From: Blasia pusilla | Taxonomy: Eukaryota | Assembly (NCBI GenBank): GCA_050084515.1 | Contig: CM114271.1 | Span: 49,104,001 to 49,168,000 of the forward strand | DNA: 64,000 bases | Direction: 5' to 3' | In this document: piece by piece, positions 42,201 through 55,356 of the stretch | How positions within the stretch are numbered: position 1 is the first letter of the stretch | How the letters are laid out: the number at the start of each line of letters is the position of its first letter | Notes under the pieces: model-generated | What the model was told of the DNA's origin: nothing | What the model saw: only the letters and a program-made list of their open reading frames with translations | The model's database searches: none | Made by a program: the position numbers and the translations under genes

Positions 42201-42942
42201 GACATACTTAGTTTCTCATTTCTGATTTTTCTCTCCTCAATGGTTTGATATCTTGGAAATTTTTTTAATGATTTTATATAAAAATAAGCATAAAATTTAG
42301 ATATATTTTTGTTTTTGTGCGAGTTTTGCAAACATGCATATTGTGGTTCTTCATTTTGATAGGAAAGTACTTCAAACATCCAAAGGATTCTTAGTATTGT
42401 GGCTCCATGGTTTAATTTTTTGGACATTTCTCCTCCCACTCTTATGGCCATGGATAATAGTAAAAAAGAATGAGGAGGAAAAACTCTTGTGCCTATAAAG
42501 AATTCAAGTTGTGGTAACTTTTTTTGGAAATCTCCCCTAGTTCGATCTTTGATTGTCACAAGGTAGACATCTTGAACATTCTAGGAGAGACTCTCAAAAC
42601 ACTCCAATAAGGCGAATTGTTGAGGCATGACTTCTACTTTATTCTAGATCTTGTGCAAGGTATATCACCCCCGCGCACATGATTTTTATGTACCAACCAA
42701 TCCACACACATCAAAGTTGATATATGGCACGGAATTATTATTGATTGCCTCTCTTGCTAGTGTTAGAAGAAATTGGACAACCACTCAAACATATCACACA
42801 TATTATGTATGGTTCACTTCCCATTCAAAAGCTACATCCACGTTCACACACTTTCAGGTTGCTTTACTTAATTTTTCATATATTATACATTACAAGCCCT
42901 CAAGGACACTATCCTCAAGCCTAAAGCTACACTGATGGAAGG

Positions 42943-43896
<954 letters not shown>

Positions 43897-43964
43897 AAGG
43901 ACACTAAACCCTAATGTGAATTTGGTCATAGAGCCACAAAATAGTACATGTATTGTATATCCCT

Positions 43965-44439
43965 CAAGATTGCATGGAAACAGATTTTTCTACCCATGAG
44001 ATGAAGATGGCCAGACATATCCACGGTCATGCCCAACGAGTCTCTTGCCTAGGTTTTTTTAGTATCCCAATTGGATGCTCATGCTTGGGACACGGGAATA
44101 GGTGTAGACTCTACTTAAGGGAGGCGGGTAGGGATCGAACGGATGTGCGGGCTATGAGCCCTTGTTTGGCCTGCAATGGCCCGCATAGGGCTCACGACTA
44201 GCCCACACTAGGCGGGGTGTGGGTCTTGCTGCATGCCTCTGTGGGCAAGGCACGGGGCTGAGTGCACACTAAAAAATGGGTGGCAAGAATGAGTGATGGA
44301 TTGCTAGCTAGACTGATGTGCGGATAGGCCAAAGTTGGGTCTACATTGCGGGCGGCTAGAACCCAGCTCTATACAGACATGTCTATCTTAGGGATGGATA
44401 TAAGTCCGCAAACATAGGCTTTGTCCATGTGCAACCTTG
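43965..44439. mobile_element. hAT-type MITE
   Basis: Ends CAAGATTGCA...TGCAACCTTG; 8-bp TSD ATATCCCT/ACATCCCC (two transitions). Confidence 0.75.
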
Positions 44440-44599
44440 ACATCCCCCAAACTCCCCCCTCATAGTGTACATAATCCGCAAGCAAGCTCACCATTTTAGG
44501 ATTTGGATTGTATCACTTTAGTGATGAATATGATACAAGACACATAGACAACAACTAGGTCTACCCTCACGACATGTCCGCCAAGAAAATATTTGGCCA

Positions 44600-46600
44600 A
44601 CGAGGCGTATATGCTAGTCCTTATAATTAAGTCTCTGCTATAAACTACACCCAACCTTTGTCTACATGCCGGACATGCTAACTCTCTTGAACTTGCATAT
44701 GGACTGGAATATGAGGCGTCATGTTATAAAAAAACTCCAAGAATATAAAACTTGTACCTAGAATGATTAATCCTGAAATAAAAAAAAACCCCTCTTCATG
44801 GTGAACCAGGATGGATTCTGATAGTTCACCGACATAATTGACCACAATAAATAGGATCTTCATGTGAGGTTGTATGTGAACATTCCATTGGTTATCTTAT
44901 GTGGCAAAGCTTTGATCGCCAATCCACGTATGTGCTCTCCACATACAAGTGGCCTAGGGTTCAGATGCATCACCAAGCGCATGACACCATGAATTAACAC
45001 ATGGCGTTCATACGACACCGTAAACTATGAAAAGTGGTGGCTCGACAATGTGGGAAACACCTTAAGGTTGATCCATAATTGTGATGTAGGAATTGGTCGG
45101 AAGGGCATGCATGTACAACTTCATGTTCTACTCCCATAAGTCAATTGTTGTCCAACAATTCATCTACAATACTAGTTAGGGGAAGTGTTATGCTTTGATA
45201 GCAATCTATCATGAGGTAGGCAAAATAATGGGTCCATATGCATGACCACGTTTGAAATAGAGAATCTCTCTTGTGAGTTTTAAAGAAGCAAGATGGCAAC
45301 CAAGTAAGATGTTTGAGCATTGTGATATAATAGAACTTGGACATCCTCGTCCAAATGCTCTCTTGATGCATCGACCTTGGGGTTAAGCAAATGGTCATGG
45401 AAGAAATCTTTTATGTCATTATCAAGGAACTTATTGAGAATGGTTGATTCTTGGTCATTCTCTGAGCCTCCAACTCATCTTCCAAGGAGAAAAAAAGGGC
45501 ATCCTCCACCATGAAAAGATGCTCCAACTCATGATGCCTCTAAGTTGGGGAAATCTTCTATACGTAAGTTTTAGATCTATTGGAATATGTTTGATGGTTG
45601 GACTTTAGGATGCCCCAAAGAGGAAATGAGTAGATATACTTGAAAAAAACATTAAGGAGAAAAAAACTTATTTTAAATTTATTTTAAATATGTACAATTG
45701 GTTGATTGATTTTTCATGGGTCTTACCCATTTGTAACTAACAAATATCTCCTCGCCTATCTCTATGGTTTTGGTAGCTAGGGTGGAAGTGTAAAAATCTT
45801 CATCCCATTGAGAACAAAACTACTTGTGTTGTGCCTCCATGTATTCCACAAGGTGTTTCCCTCGAAATTATGACTTGATGAATCAATATACCTAGATATC
45901 TTACGGCATTTTACGGGATCACCATCAATATATTTTTGATGTGAGTGTTAATGATGAGAGTTGTACACAATAATAGCATGCATGGACAAGATATACTCCA
46001 AGAAAGATGGAGCCATTTTCACCAACTCCCTCCATGGAGCATGAGAGTATATATATAGTACCAACATATGGGAATAGGATGGGGCAATCATCTATATCAC
46101 ATCCCTCTTCAACCACTTTCCTATCTAGTGTGAATACCTCAGATCCGTCCCAAGAAACAAAGTTGAATCTTTGACTATGTATGTCCTACCCCATATCTCT
46201 ATAGGCACACTAATGGGGATAGTACAAGGACATCCCCATAGGGTCGTGTCACACTCTAGGTATATTCAATTGAAGGACCTTCCAACTCCATGGGATCATG
46301 TGTGTCGAGCATATTGTGTACATCCCTACGTGTCTAGATCCAAGGTTGCTTACATTCACTATGGGATCTGAGGGACTCAAGGGCTGACATGAGATGCTCA
46401 AGTGCTCAACATTTGGTTGTTCAACCTTGATCTCAAGGAGAGGTAGTGGCAGCAAAGGCATTTATTGGAGAACCAACATTATGACACGGGGGACAACTAC
46501 ACAAATATCCACCCATGTTGTCCTCAAAGGATACACGAGAGGATACATTGAATCATGTGTCAGAGGATGTATTTCCAAGAGATCCCTAAGTGATTGAGCA
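44600..46600 (-). mobile_element. Heavily decayed LTR-retrotransposon pol-like remnant
   Basis: Short broken ORFs with faint integrase-like traces only. Confidence 0.25.
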
Positions 46601-47379
46601 TAGTTTCAATTGCACATGAAGACACCTTCATTCAAGTATTTACTCAACCTATTGAAAAAATAGCAATGGACAAACAAATTAGTATAATCAAGGCTTTTGT
46701 GTGAGTAATACCTGTGTATGCTCTCTATTAAAGATCCTCTAACACTCGAGAGATATTACTAGAGGCCTCCAGAGCACATCCATACTATGGAGGCCTTATG
46801 GTATTGTATCTTGAGTTCATCCATAAACCTCTTTGTTTGCAACGTCGATAGAGGTTACAATGAAACACTCAAAGTAGGAAAAATGAGGAGACGGGGGAGC
46901 ATTGAGACATAAATACCTGCCCTTGGGGTTGAATTGCTATTTTTACAACTTTTTTGTGAGTACTTTGTGACTCCCAAGACTCACAATACCCGGCTAGTGT
47001 GTCTCCCCTAAGTCACACAATTGCGAGGGCTTTGGAAGTCTTGGAAATACATGAACAAACCTTGCAAGTGAAGTGTGAGTCCTTGCAATGTTTGGAATTT
47101 GCAAGTGCTATGAGCCCCAACCTATTTCAACTCTTTAAAATTTCTTTGGAAAAAACTTGTGAGTCATGAAAGGCACAATGGACTCCCACGATGCTTACAA
47201 TTGGCGGTGTGCAATGGACTCGCACTAGACTTACAAACCCAAAACACCACCACTTACCTATGTGTCCCTCCATGTTTTCTTGATTTCCGACACTTCATCT
47301 TGAGTTGGGCCCGTTCAAGGTGGGCTCAAGCCCGCAACACCCTACGGGCTAAGTTGCGGGCCTCTATACAAGCTTGAGC

Positions 47380-47670
47380 CAAGTTTGCATGTTGATAAAG
47401 TCTGCATCCGTAGACATTTCCATATCTGTGGACTTACATCAAACCTATCCAAGGACTTGTTCATATAGGCCTCACCTTCCTCTTCTTTCTCATTCCCCCG
47501 ACTTGCCTTTGTGTTCCATACTTTTTTATTTCTTCCTTCCTCCACCTCCACTTCCTTCCTCCTTATTGCTCCACTCACCCTTGTTGTGCCTTCCATCATG
47601 AACTATAAATATGGGCCCCACTTCTTGCAATCCATGTTAGTGGACATGTTCAGACTTGTCCGTCCATGTT
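47380..47670 (-). mobile_element. hAT-type MITE, inverted homolog of 34887-35193, one end lost
   Basis: CAAGTTTGCA terminus and shared internal CCATCATGAACTATAA.TATGGGC block. Confidence 0.75.
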
Positions 47671-49092
47671 CGCTAGTCAATCAGTCTTCTTCCTCTTGAA
47701 CGTGGCAAAGCCCTTGCCATTTCAAGCCTCTTCCTTTTCTTGTTTTTCCCCCTATTTTGGCATGAGCATAGACGATGGCATGGCAAAGAGGAGGGCTTTG
47801 AAAGTGGTTTGGGAAGACCACTTTCAAAGCCCTTTGGGTTTACCACCTCCATATGGTAAAACCAAAGGTAGGGATGGGTATGGCTAGCAAGGCAAAAAAA
47901 TGGCTCCATAAATGGAGTGAGGAAATTCGAGAGTAAGGGGCTTGAAGAGAATAGTTAGTGCCTTGGGTTGTCTTGTGAAATCTTAGTTGAAGGCGTTTCT
48001 TCACATAATCGTGCAGCATGTGTTCAAGAAATGCATGCTTGTGTGTGATGTGTGGGTGGATCGGACCAGCAATCTAAATATCATCAAGTCATCCAAAACA
48101 CAATTATGGTAGAGGTCCAAAATGGAGCTACAACTTCTCCTAAGTGCATGTAGACCATGATCAACATGTTTTCTTTGGATTGTCATCACCACATGATGAT
48201 AGAGGCCCACAAGGAATTATAGGGGGCTTTTGAGTCAGAGGAGGATCACGAGGCATGGTTGTTGGCTTTAGAAACACCTACCAACTATAATCGAGCTTCA
48301 TGGGTGTCAATCCTACGGATGGAGGTACTAGTTGGAGGCTCGCGCAGAAAGCAAGTGGACTAATAGCGGTTGGTGGAAGCATGGTATTTGACTCAAATGC
48401 CAAAGGGGACACATTCCTTAGTCACGGAGGAGAGGAGGCATTTTAACATGCCTTTATGATTATCTATTATCTTACATTACTGCCCTCAGAATGTAGGGAT
48501 AGTTTTTTGTATTATAGAATACTTCACTAATTATGTGGGTGCCTTGTGCACTTTACAAAGTGTATTGAGTTATGACTTCTCAAGTTGTGGATGATGTGGG
48601 ATAGTGTTGAGAGACATGAGATGATGTATTTTCCAATCAAGGATGTATTAGCATCCAAGGTCAGTTCTTGAAACTTTAATAGTCCATGTAGTGTTCTCCA
48701 ATTTATTTCTTTCAATAAAGTTTTTAACTACACTTTCCCCTTTATGGCGTAGCATGATTTGTCGCATCCCAATGATGCCATAGTGAAGGAGGAGCGATGA
48801 CCGGCACACGCGCCCATGTTGATCGGCTCACATCTACATCTGGGAATGGATCAAGTTTTCGGAGGAGGGGACGATTTGTGTCATGCGCATACCTATCGCT
48901 ACATAACATACATCGCTGGTCACATCTACACCACACAACACCGATCTTCCCCACACACGGGTCGATCCACACATGTACAAAAATCAACTTGTACATATAC
49001 ATGGAGATTACACAACCGCCCCCCTAGCTGGCAGTTGGATCCCCCCAACTCCAGATAGAAAAAATCACATCTCTCTGACATGACCTACTACC

Positions 49093-49231
49093 CTATACAC
49101 ATCTCGGACACATCCATCGTCCCGTGGGAACCACATCAAGAGGGGGTCAGACATGACATATGCCACCCTCGAGAACAACCATCACATACCAACATGGTGG
49201 CTGCACCCCTCGTAGATCCACATAACATACA
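49093..49231 (-). pseudogene. PHD finger at the integrase C-terminus
   Basis: CMLC...MLVCDGCSRGWHMSCLTP/LDVVPTGRWMCPRC gives a full C4HC3 pattern across one frameshift. Confidence 0.9.
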
Positions 49232-49239
49232 CCTTAACC

Positions 49240-50450
49240 CTGCAGGTACCACTTCCAAGCTCGGATCCACTGTCCCGTCTACGTTTGGAAGATGACATGG
49301 CGCACAATTGCGCACATGATCCTTCCAAACCATACCATCCCGTCCCTCCAACATGAAGACTTCGGTCGGTAATACCTTGCGCATACGTAGGATCGTGCGC
49401 CCTGCAGTGACATCTAGCGTCGTGGGTGCCGCCTACTGTAAATACATGTAATCTCCAAGATGAAACCTCCTAATCCCTGGACGATAACCTCCTCCACGAA
49501 TGGTCGCATACCTCAATGTATCTCTATGCTAAGCAATAGCTAAGTTCTCAAAGGCCATGGGCATAACTCTACGAAAAACCTCCACCCTCTGAGAACATGC
49601 TTGTACCCATACATCTGGATCATCAAGATCTAACACCTCCTCCATGTCACGTCGAATTGCTGCAAGTAAATCTGGCTCTCTTCCAAAGAGCAAAAAGTAT
49701 GGTGAAAATGACGCCAAGGATGCTTGTCGACTAAAGCGATAACCCATAGCCAACCATGGGAACTATAAGTCCCACTCCCTCAACTGTCCCCGTTGCAAGC
49801 CATACTTGCGCACAATCCTCTCTTCACTGTCTGTACCACTCTCTTCGCCAACCCATCCGCTCAGGATGATCTCTGGACGTTGTATAGTGATCTATCAGTG
49901 CCTGATCACACAAGGCCTGAAACTCTCCCCTGAACTCGATACCCTGGTCAGTCAATACCTCCGCCGATGCACCAAAGTGACTAAGCACATGATCTAGAAT
50001 GCATAAGTTGTTCCCTCATTTGCCTTGTCCGATAGTGCCACCAACTCTATCCACTTGGAGAAATGCTCCACCATGACCAACACGTACCTATGATGACGCC
50101 CCGTCAATGACAAAGGTCCTCGCAAAGTCTAAACTCCACCAATAACCTAAACCCATAATTGGCAAAGGATGTAGTTGCGGAGTGGGAGCATTGAAGGATG
50201 CTCGCACTCTGTCACATACCATACATCTGGCCACAAGCTGCTGTACCCCAGTATGCATGCCGCACCACCAATATTGAATCTGGAGTAAGCTGTAAGTACG
50301 CTTCACTCCAAAATGTCCCAACTCATCATGGGCATGTCGCACTACACGTGCTCGCTGGGAAGGATGAGGTACCACTCGTATCCTACCATCTCCCCATACC
50401 CGCAAAATGTGAGTCCCCTCCCACCTGAACCTCCTGGCTCTCTGTAGGAT
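49240..50450 (-). pseudogene. Gypsy integrase (H2C2 zinc finger plus core)
   Basis: HAHDELGHFG...YWW...CMVC, WSLDF, FSPYFLLFGREP; several frameshifts. Confidence 0.92.
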
Positions 50451-50717
50451 CTGATCCCGCTCCCTAGCACTCAATGTGCTCGCTATGACGCCAATGCGCA
50501 AGAACTCCACAACCTCCACGTCGTCATGGATATCACGGCCACCTGTCGCCTCCTTACTGACCTTCGGATCCAAAGACTCATCATCCAATCCCACCATTGG
50601 AGTCATCACCTGTGGTTGACCTACCATAGTCAACCAACAAAGATAGGCAGATGCATGCCAACCGGGCACCATCTCCTCATCACTCTCTCCGTGCCATCGA
50701 GCTTTTGTGTCATCTCT

Positions 50718-51140
50718 CTAACTCGAACATGGATTACGAATCAACCCATCTGCATCTTGGTTCAGCCAACCTGGCCTATGAACCACCTCAAACTCATACT
50801 CCTGTAGTAATAGAGCCCATCTGGCAAGCTTTCCCGTAAGCTTGTCGGACTCCATCAACCACCTCAACGGTTGATGATCAGTGATAAGTGTGAAAGGGTT
50901 GCCGAATAAATAGCACCTGAGATGTGCCATGGCCCACACTGTAGCCAAGCACTCTCCCTCGTAGGAGCTATACTTTGCCTTTGCAATGTTGTTTGGTTGG
51001 TTCGCGTAAGCCACAACGAACTCCCTCTCCTTGTCATCCCTCTGAGTAAGCACTGCTCTTAGACCCAACATGCTCCAATCCGTATGTAACTGGAATGGGC
51101 GATCCCTAACCGGTCTCTGTAAAATGGGTGAGGACGTCAA
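50718..51140 (-). pseudogene. Ty3-type RNase H
   Basis: FQLHTDWS, YSSYEGECLA, FTLITDHQPL, LARWALLLQEY. Confidence 0.93.
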
Positions 51141-51249
51141 CTTGTCCTTGAGCTCCTAAAATGCTTGCTCCAGATCATCTCCCGACAACCAAACCTGATC
51201 AAGTCTCGTCAACAAGGTCAAAGACTTTGCGATCGTACTAAAACCCTTG

Positions 51250-52050
51250 ACATACCGTCGATAGAAGTTCGCCAGTCCAAGAAATGATCGGACTCAACTC
51301 ACATCTGTAGGGCATGGAATCTGCGCAATAGCCTCTACCTTCGTCTGCTGAACGCCTAACCCACTCGGGTATATGGTGTGTCCCAAATACTCAATCTCCT
51401 CCTGAAAGAATCTGCACTAGCATGGATGTAACTTAGGTCCATGTAACTGCAATTGTCGAAACACCTCCTCCAAGTGTCACTCATGCTTCTCAACCGTGGA
51501 AATAAAGATAAGAATATCATCTATGTAACATCGTACAAAATCCAAGCCAGCCAAAATCCTATCCATCACTCTCTGAAACTCTGCAGGCGCGTTCTTCAAC
51601 CCAAATGGTAAGAACCGCCACAGTTACAAGCAATCTCTCCCGAACCGATCTATCCCCCATAATGTTGTCTTCTCCCTGTCCTCCAACCTGATAGGAAGTT
51701 GATGATAGCCAACACGGAGATCTAAAGTATTGAAGATCTTTGCATGCCCTATCGCATCAAAGATCTCCTCAGGAGTAGGCATGGCGTACCGATCTGACCT
51801 CGTATGTCGGTTGATAGGACGGTAATCTCCACACATCTGCCTAACTGTCCAATTGCCATACATATCCTTCTTCTTCGGCATGACTGTGGCAGATGCATAC
51901 TCCCCATGTGATAACTCCACAAGTCCTGCCTCCAACAAGTCCTGACTCCTGCTCTGAATCAAGGCTCGCTCCATATCGAATACCAGAGGGTCGATTTAAA
52001 GATCGGTGTATCACTAGCCAACTCAATCCGTATCTCGGGACCCTTCAGCG
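51250..52050 (-). pseudogene. Reverse transcriptase
   Basis: MCGDYRPIN, LDLRVGYHQ, PFGLKNAP, and YIDD at ~51516-51527; in-frame stops. Confidence 0.95.
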
Positions 52051-52480
52051 TACCCAAGTCTCTCATATTGAAGGCAAAACAACTGACATGCCCTCTCAAA
52101 AACGTATGAACTCGCCGTCGCTCTCCTCCTATCAACTTGAGACCTATCACAGGCTCCCAAATCTCCATCGTGACCTCACTTGGAGAGGACGCAACCTCCG
52201 GCTTTGGTTGCTATGTAGCAACCCTAACCACCTCCGCAACACCAACTCCACTCTGACTTCCTACACCATGCTCCACATCCAAAAAATGAACATGTGCTAC
52301 TCTGGCCGCCTTCGCACTCTCTGCTCGAACGACGTCCCAGGAAGTCCATGGTTGCCTATCTCTCCTCGTCTCGCCCCCAGCCAATGCCTGTACAAACCCT
52401 ATAGGCAATGGTCCAACTCGTGGACGTGACGGCATGGATGACACTCGCGTCCACCTCTGCTCAGCCATACCTAGGCTGAC

Positions 52481-53480
52481 TATCCATGTGAGACAATTGA
52501 GGTCCATTGCCTTCCCCAACACCTATCTTCGGGATGCCTCAGTCATCCCTGGCACCGCCGTAGTACTGATAGCGAACCCCATGGCGGGCTCGTGCTCATC
52601 TGTTGTAGGCTCCTCCAATGCTCCAGTCACCTCATCCCAAATCATGCCTAGCCTTCCCCGACGAAAGGCATGGGATGTTGCGAAGCTCACCAACGTATGT
52701 AAGGCTACCCTCAACTCCCCCACCCTAATGGCCATCGCCAACGGTGGTCTATCATCCCATGTCACCACATGAGATCAACGCCTTGAGTCCTAAATAGCAT
52801 CCACTGTGAGATGTGGTGCTCTCTGGACTCCATCGTATGCTCGACCCAGTACCTCTCATGGTATCAGGTTCGTCCACCATAGTAGTGGACAATGGGCACG
52901 TGATCCAACTCTCGCTGCATCTAACAACATAGCAGGTCCCAACAAGGACCTCACTTGATGCACACTCGTCATCACACATGCACGAGTGTCTCCCAAAAAT
53001 AACACGTTCTACAAAATATACGTTGGAGAACATGTTTGACTCTCTGGATCCTGCAATCCAAATCTTGCAACATCTCCCAAAACTTCCCTGACCTCGGATC
53101 CTACAATCCAAATCTCGCAACACCTCCCAAAACATCCCTAACCTCAGATCATGCAATCCAAATCCTCGGCCAGGTGATGAATGGCCCTGACATGTCCATC
53201 CAACAATCACCAAATGAATGGTGCCAACTCTATCCAGATCCTGCGCCCCCACCAAAGAGATGTCGGCGGGTAGTGTATGCTGATATCCCCGAACGGCAGA
53301 TATCGGCAACAACTCAGGATACCTCTGGACCAATCTCGCCACGTGACGTAATGATACTCACCACGCGGTCTCATCTCTCTCCACATAAAGGTACTGATGC
53401 ACCCGTATACCCGCCTGCAATATTGCAGCCAATCCGGTGCTAATCCCTCCGAAGAGATCTAACACCCTAACACCCTCCTC
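52481..53480 (-). pseudogene. DNMT3-like C5-cytosine DNA methyltransferase domain inside pol
   Basis: Motif I VLDLFGGI, II YVERD, III ADI, IV VIVGWTCQG, VI YIL*NV, VIII LLDAARVGSRAHCPLLWWTNL, IX EHEPAMGF, X RR*VLGKAM, in DNMT3 order and spacing. Confidence 0.9.
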
Positions 53481-53762
53481 TAGGGAATGCCACACAATAG
53501 GTGTGGTATTTAGTGGGGTCAACGTCTCCACTCCAAGAGCCCAATCGCCACGTGACTCTTGCTGCTCCAGGATAAAAGCATGACTCCACGCTTGCCTCAC
53601 GAGGTCGTCGACACTCCTCTGTAGCTCTCGAGTCGTACCCCACAATGGTGAAGAGGTCTTGCCAACATGGGAAGAGACACCTGCCATGGCATGTCTCTCC
53701 ATTGGACTATCCACTACTAGGACATCCTCCGCATAAGCGTTTCCCTCCAAAAACTTTCCTGG

Positions 53763-54239
53763 CTAGCTAACACTACCTGTGAAAGCTGCCAACAGGGTCA
53801 CAGACTCGCCTCGTGATCGACCACCTTGTCCCGCAAACTGCACGGATAACTGACTCATCCGCCCGTCACCTGACCGCCACCTTGGCTGATAAGCAACGGT
53901 CTCCTCCCAGAAGTCAATGATGAATCCTAGGGGGTATAACACTGTACTCCCCACCAACACATCGTACGACTCAACTGGTATCGTAATCGTGCGTGTGCAC
54001 ACCATAGCACTATCCGTCGCATGCTCATGCTGGACTTTGACAACTATCTTCTGTTGAGTCATATATTGCCTGGGTGACACGCCCTCAATCGAGGTCTGTA
54101 TCTGGAAGGGACAAGGCTCAATGTCGGCCTTCCGTAACCCCAACGCTAAACACGCCGCCTTCCCTAACATCAAGGGTTGCGCTCCCGAAACAAGTAGGAC
54201 GCGCTGCGGGTGGTATAATGTCCCCGTCGGACTAACCAA
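53763..54239 (-). pseudogene. Retroviral-type aspartic protease
   Basis: RVLLVSGA (LLDSGA with Asp to Val) and YDVLVG motif. Confidence 0.8.
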
Positions 54240-55356
54240 GCAAAATACTCCAGCTCACTTATCCAATAACACTACTCCAGGTGTCACCACTCCTTGCTCT
54301 ATGGCCAGTCGAGCTGGCATATCTACCAATTTTGCCGCCGCCGCATGCCATGACTCTATGGGGAACGTCATGAGCACCGGCTCTGAGGGCAAGTCCTCCA
54401 CCTCCTCAACTACCTCTAAACAAGAAGCAGTCACCTCTCCATGCTCACACAACATGGCGGCGAGCCGGAACACCTCAGTTGGTCCAACTCCCAACGTCGC
54501 CAACTCTATGGCGGAAAATAGTGGAGTCTTACTCACTTTGGTGGCCACCTCCAACACTATGGTCGACACTGACTCCACTCGAGCCGGCATAGGAGTTGTC
54601 ACTCCAACTCCTTGTGATGTTGACGCACCTGCCTGAGCTATAGGCATCGCTGGTCGTCGAGGCACCATCGATGGTGTGTAGTGCCTCCGACAATATGAAT
54701 GATTGTAGAACCCTGGCCTGCCGCCCATCGGTTCCCTCTGGAGGGTCAATCTCAACTCCACCTCTCGATGGCTCGGTGCCTCTCGCAGTACCCCGAGTCA
54801 CCACTGCATCTGCCTCAACCTGGGCTGCACTACACATAAACCCCATACTGGCGAGATCCTCACCCGGTTACTTCCCGTGGTTGATCTATTTTCCTGTTTT
54901 CGCCCTGACCATCCTCAGGGCCCAAGGGGACCAGACCATTGGGAAAGGGATAGGTCCGGAGGAGGCCCCCAGCGTGGGCCAAAGGTCGCTCCGGCGTCAA
55001 TAGCTTTATCTTTTTTAAGCAATAAAGGCTCTTGACAAACAAGCAAGTATCCACAAAAGGACCTTTCCATATAGAGCGTGTCTTAAACTAATTTCTGTGT
55101 TTCCTTATTACTGTTTTAAATCCACCTTTGGTAGGCTTGCCCCAAGGTGATACCGAAGGTCTACCTCCTAGATATACTACGGAAAAAAATTGTCGAAATA
55201 CTGAACATGGTGGTGAAACTCTATTGCGCGAGTAGCATGGGGCACGTGGAATCACGTATGAAGTAGCTCAAGGAAGGTTAGAGCCATACTAGCTGCTCGC
55301 GGCTCCGTGCCTTCCCTGAGCTGCATCATCGTCATGGCATCAATCCTCTGCTCCAA

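Noticed and set aside
52481-53480. Host DNMT3/DRM gene
   Set aside because: Intronless, lacks host N-terminal domains, lies between PR and RT, and also occurs in a second family member
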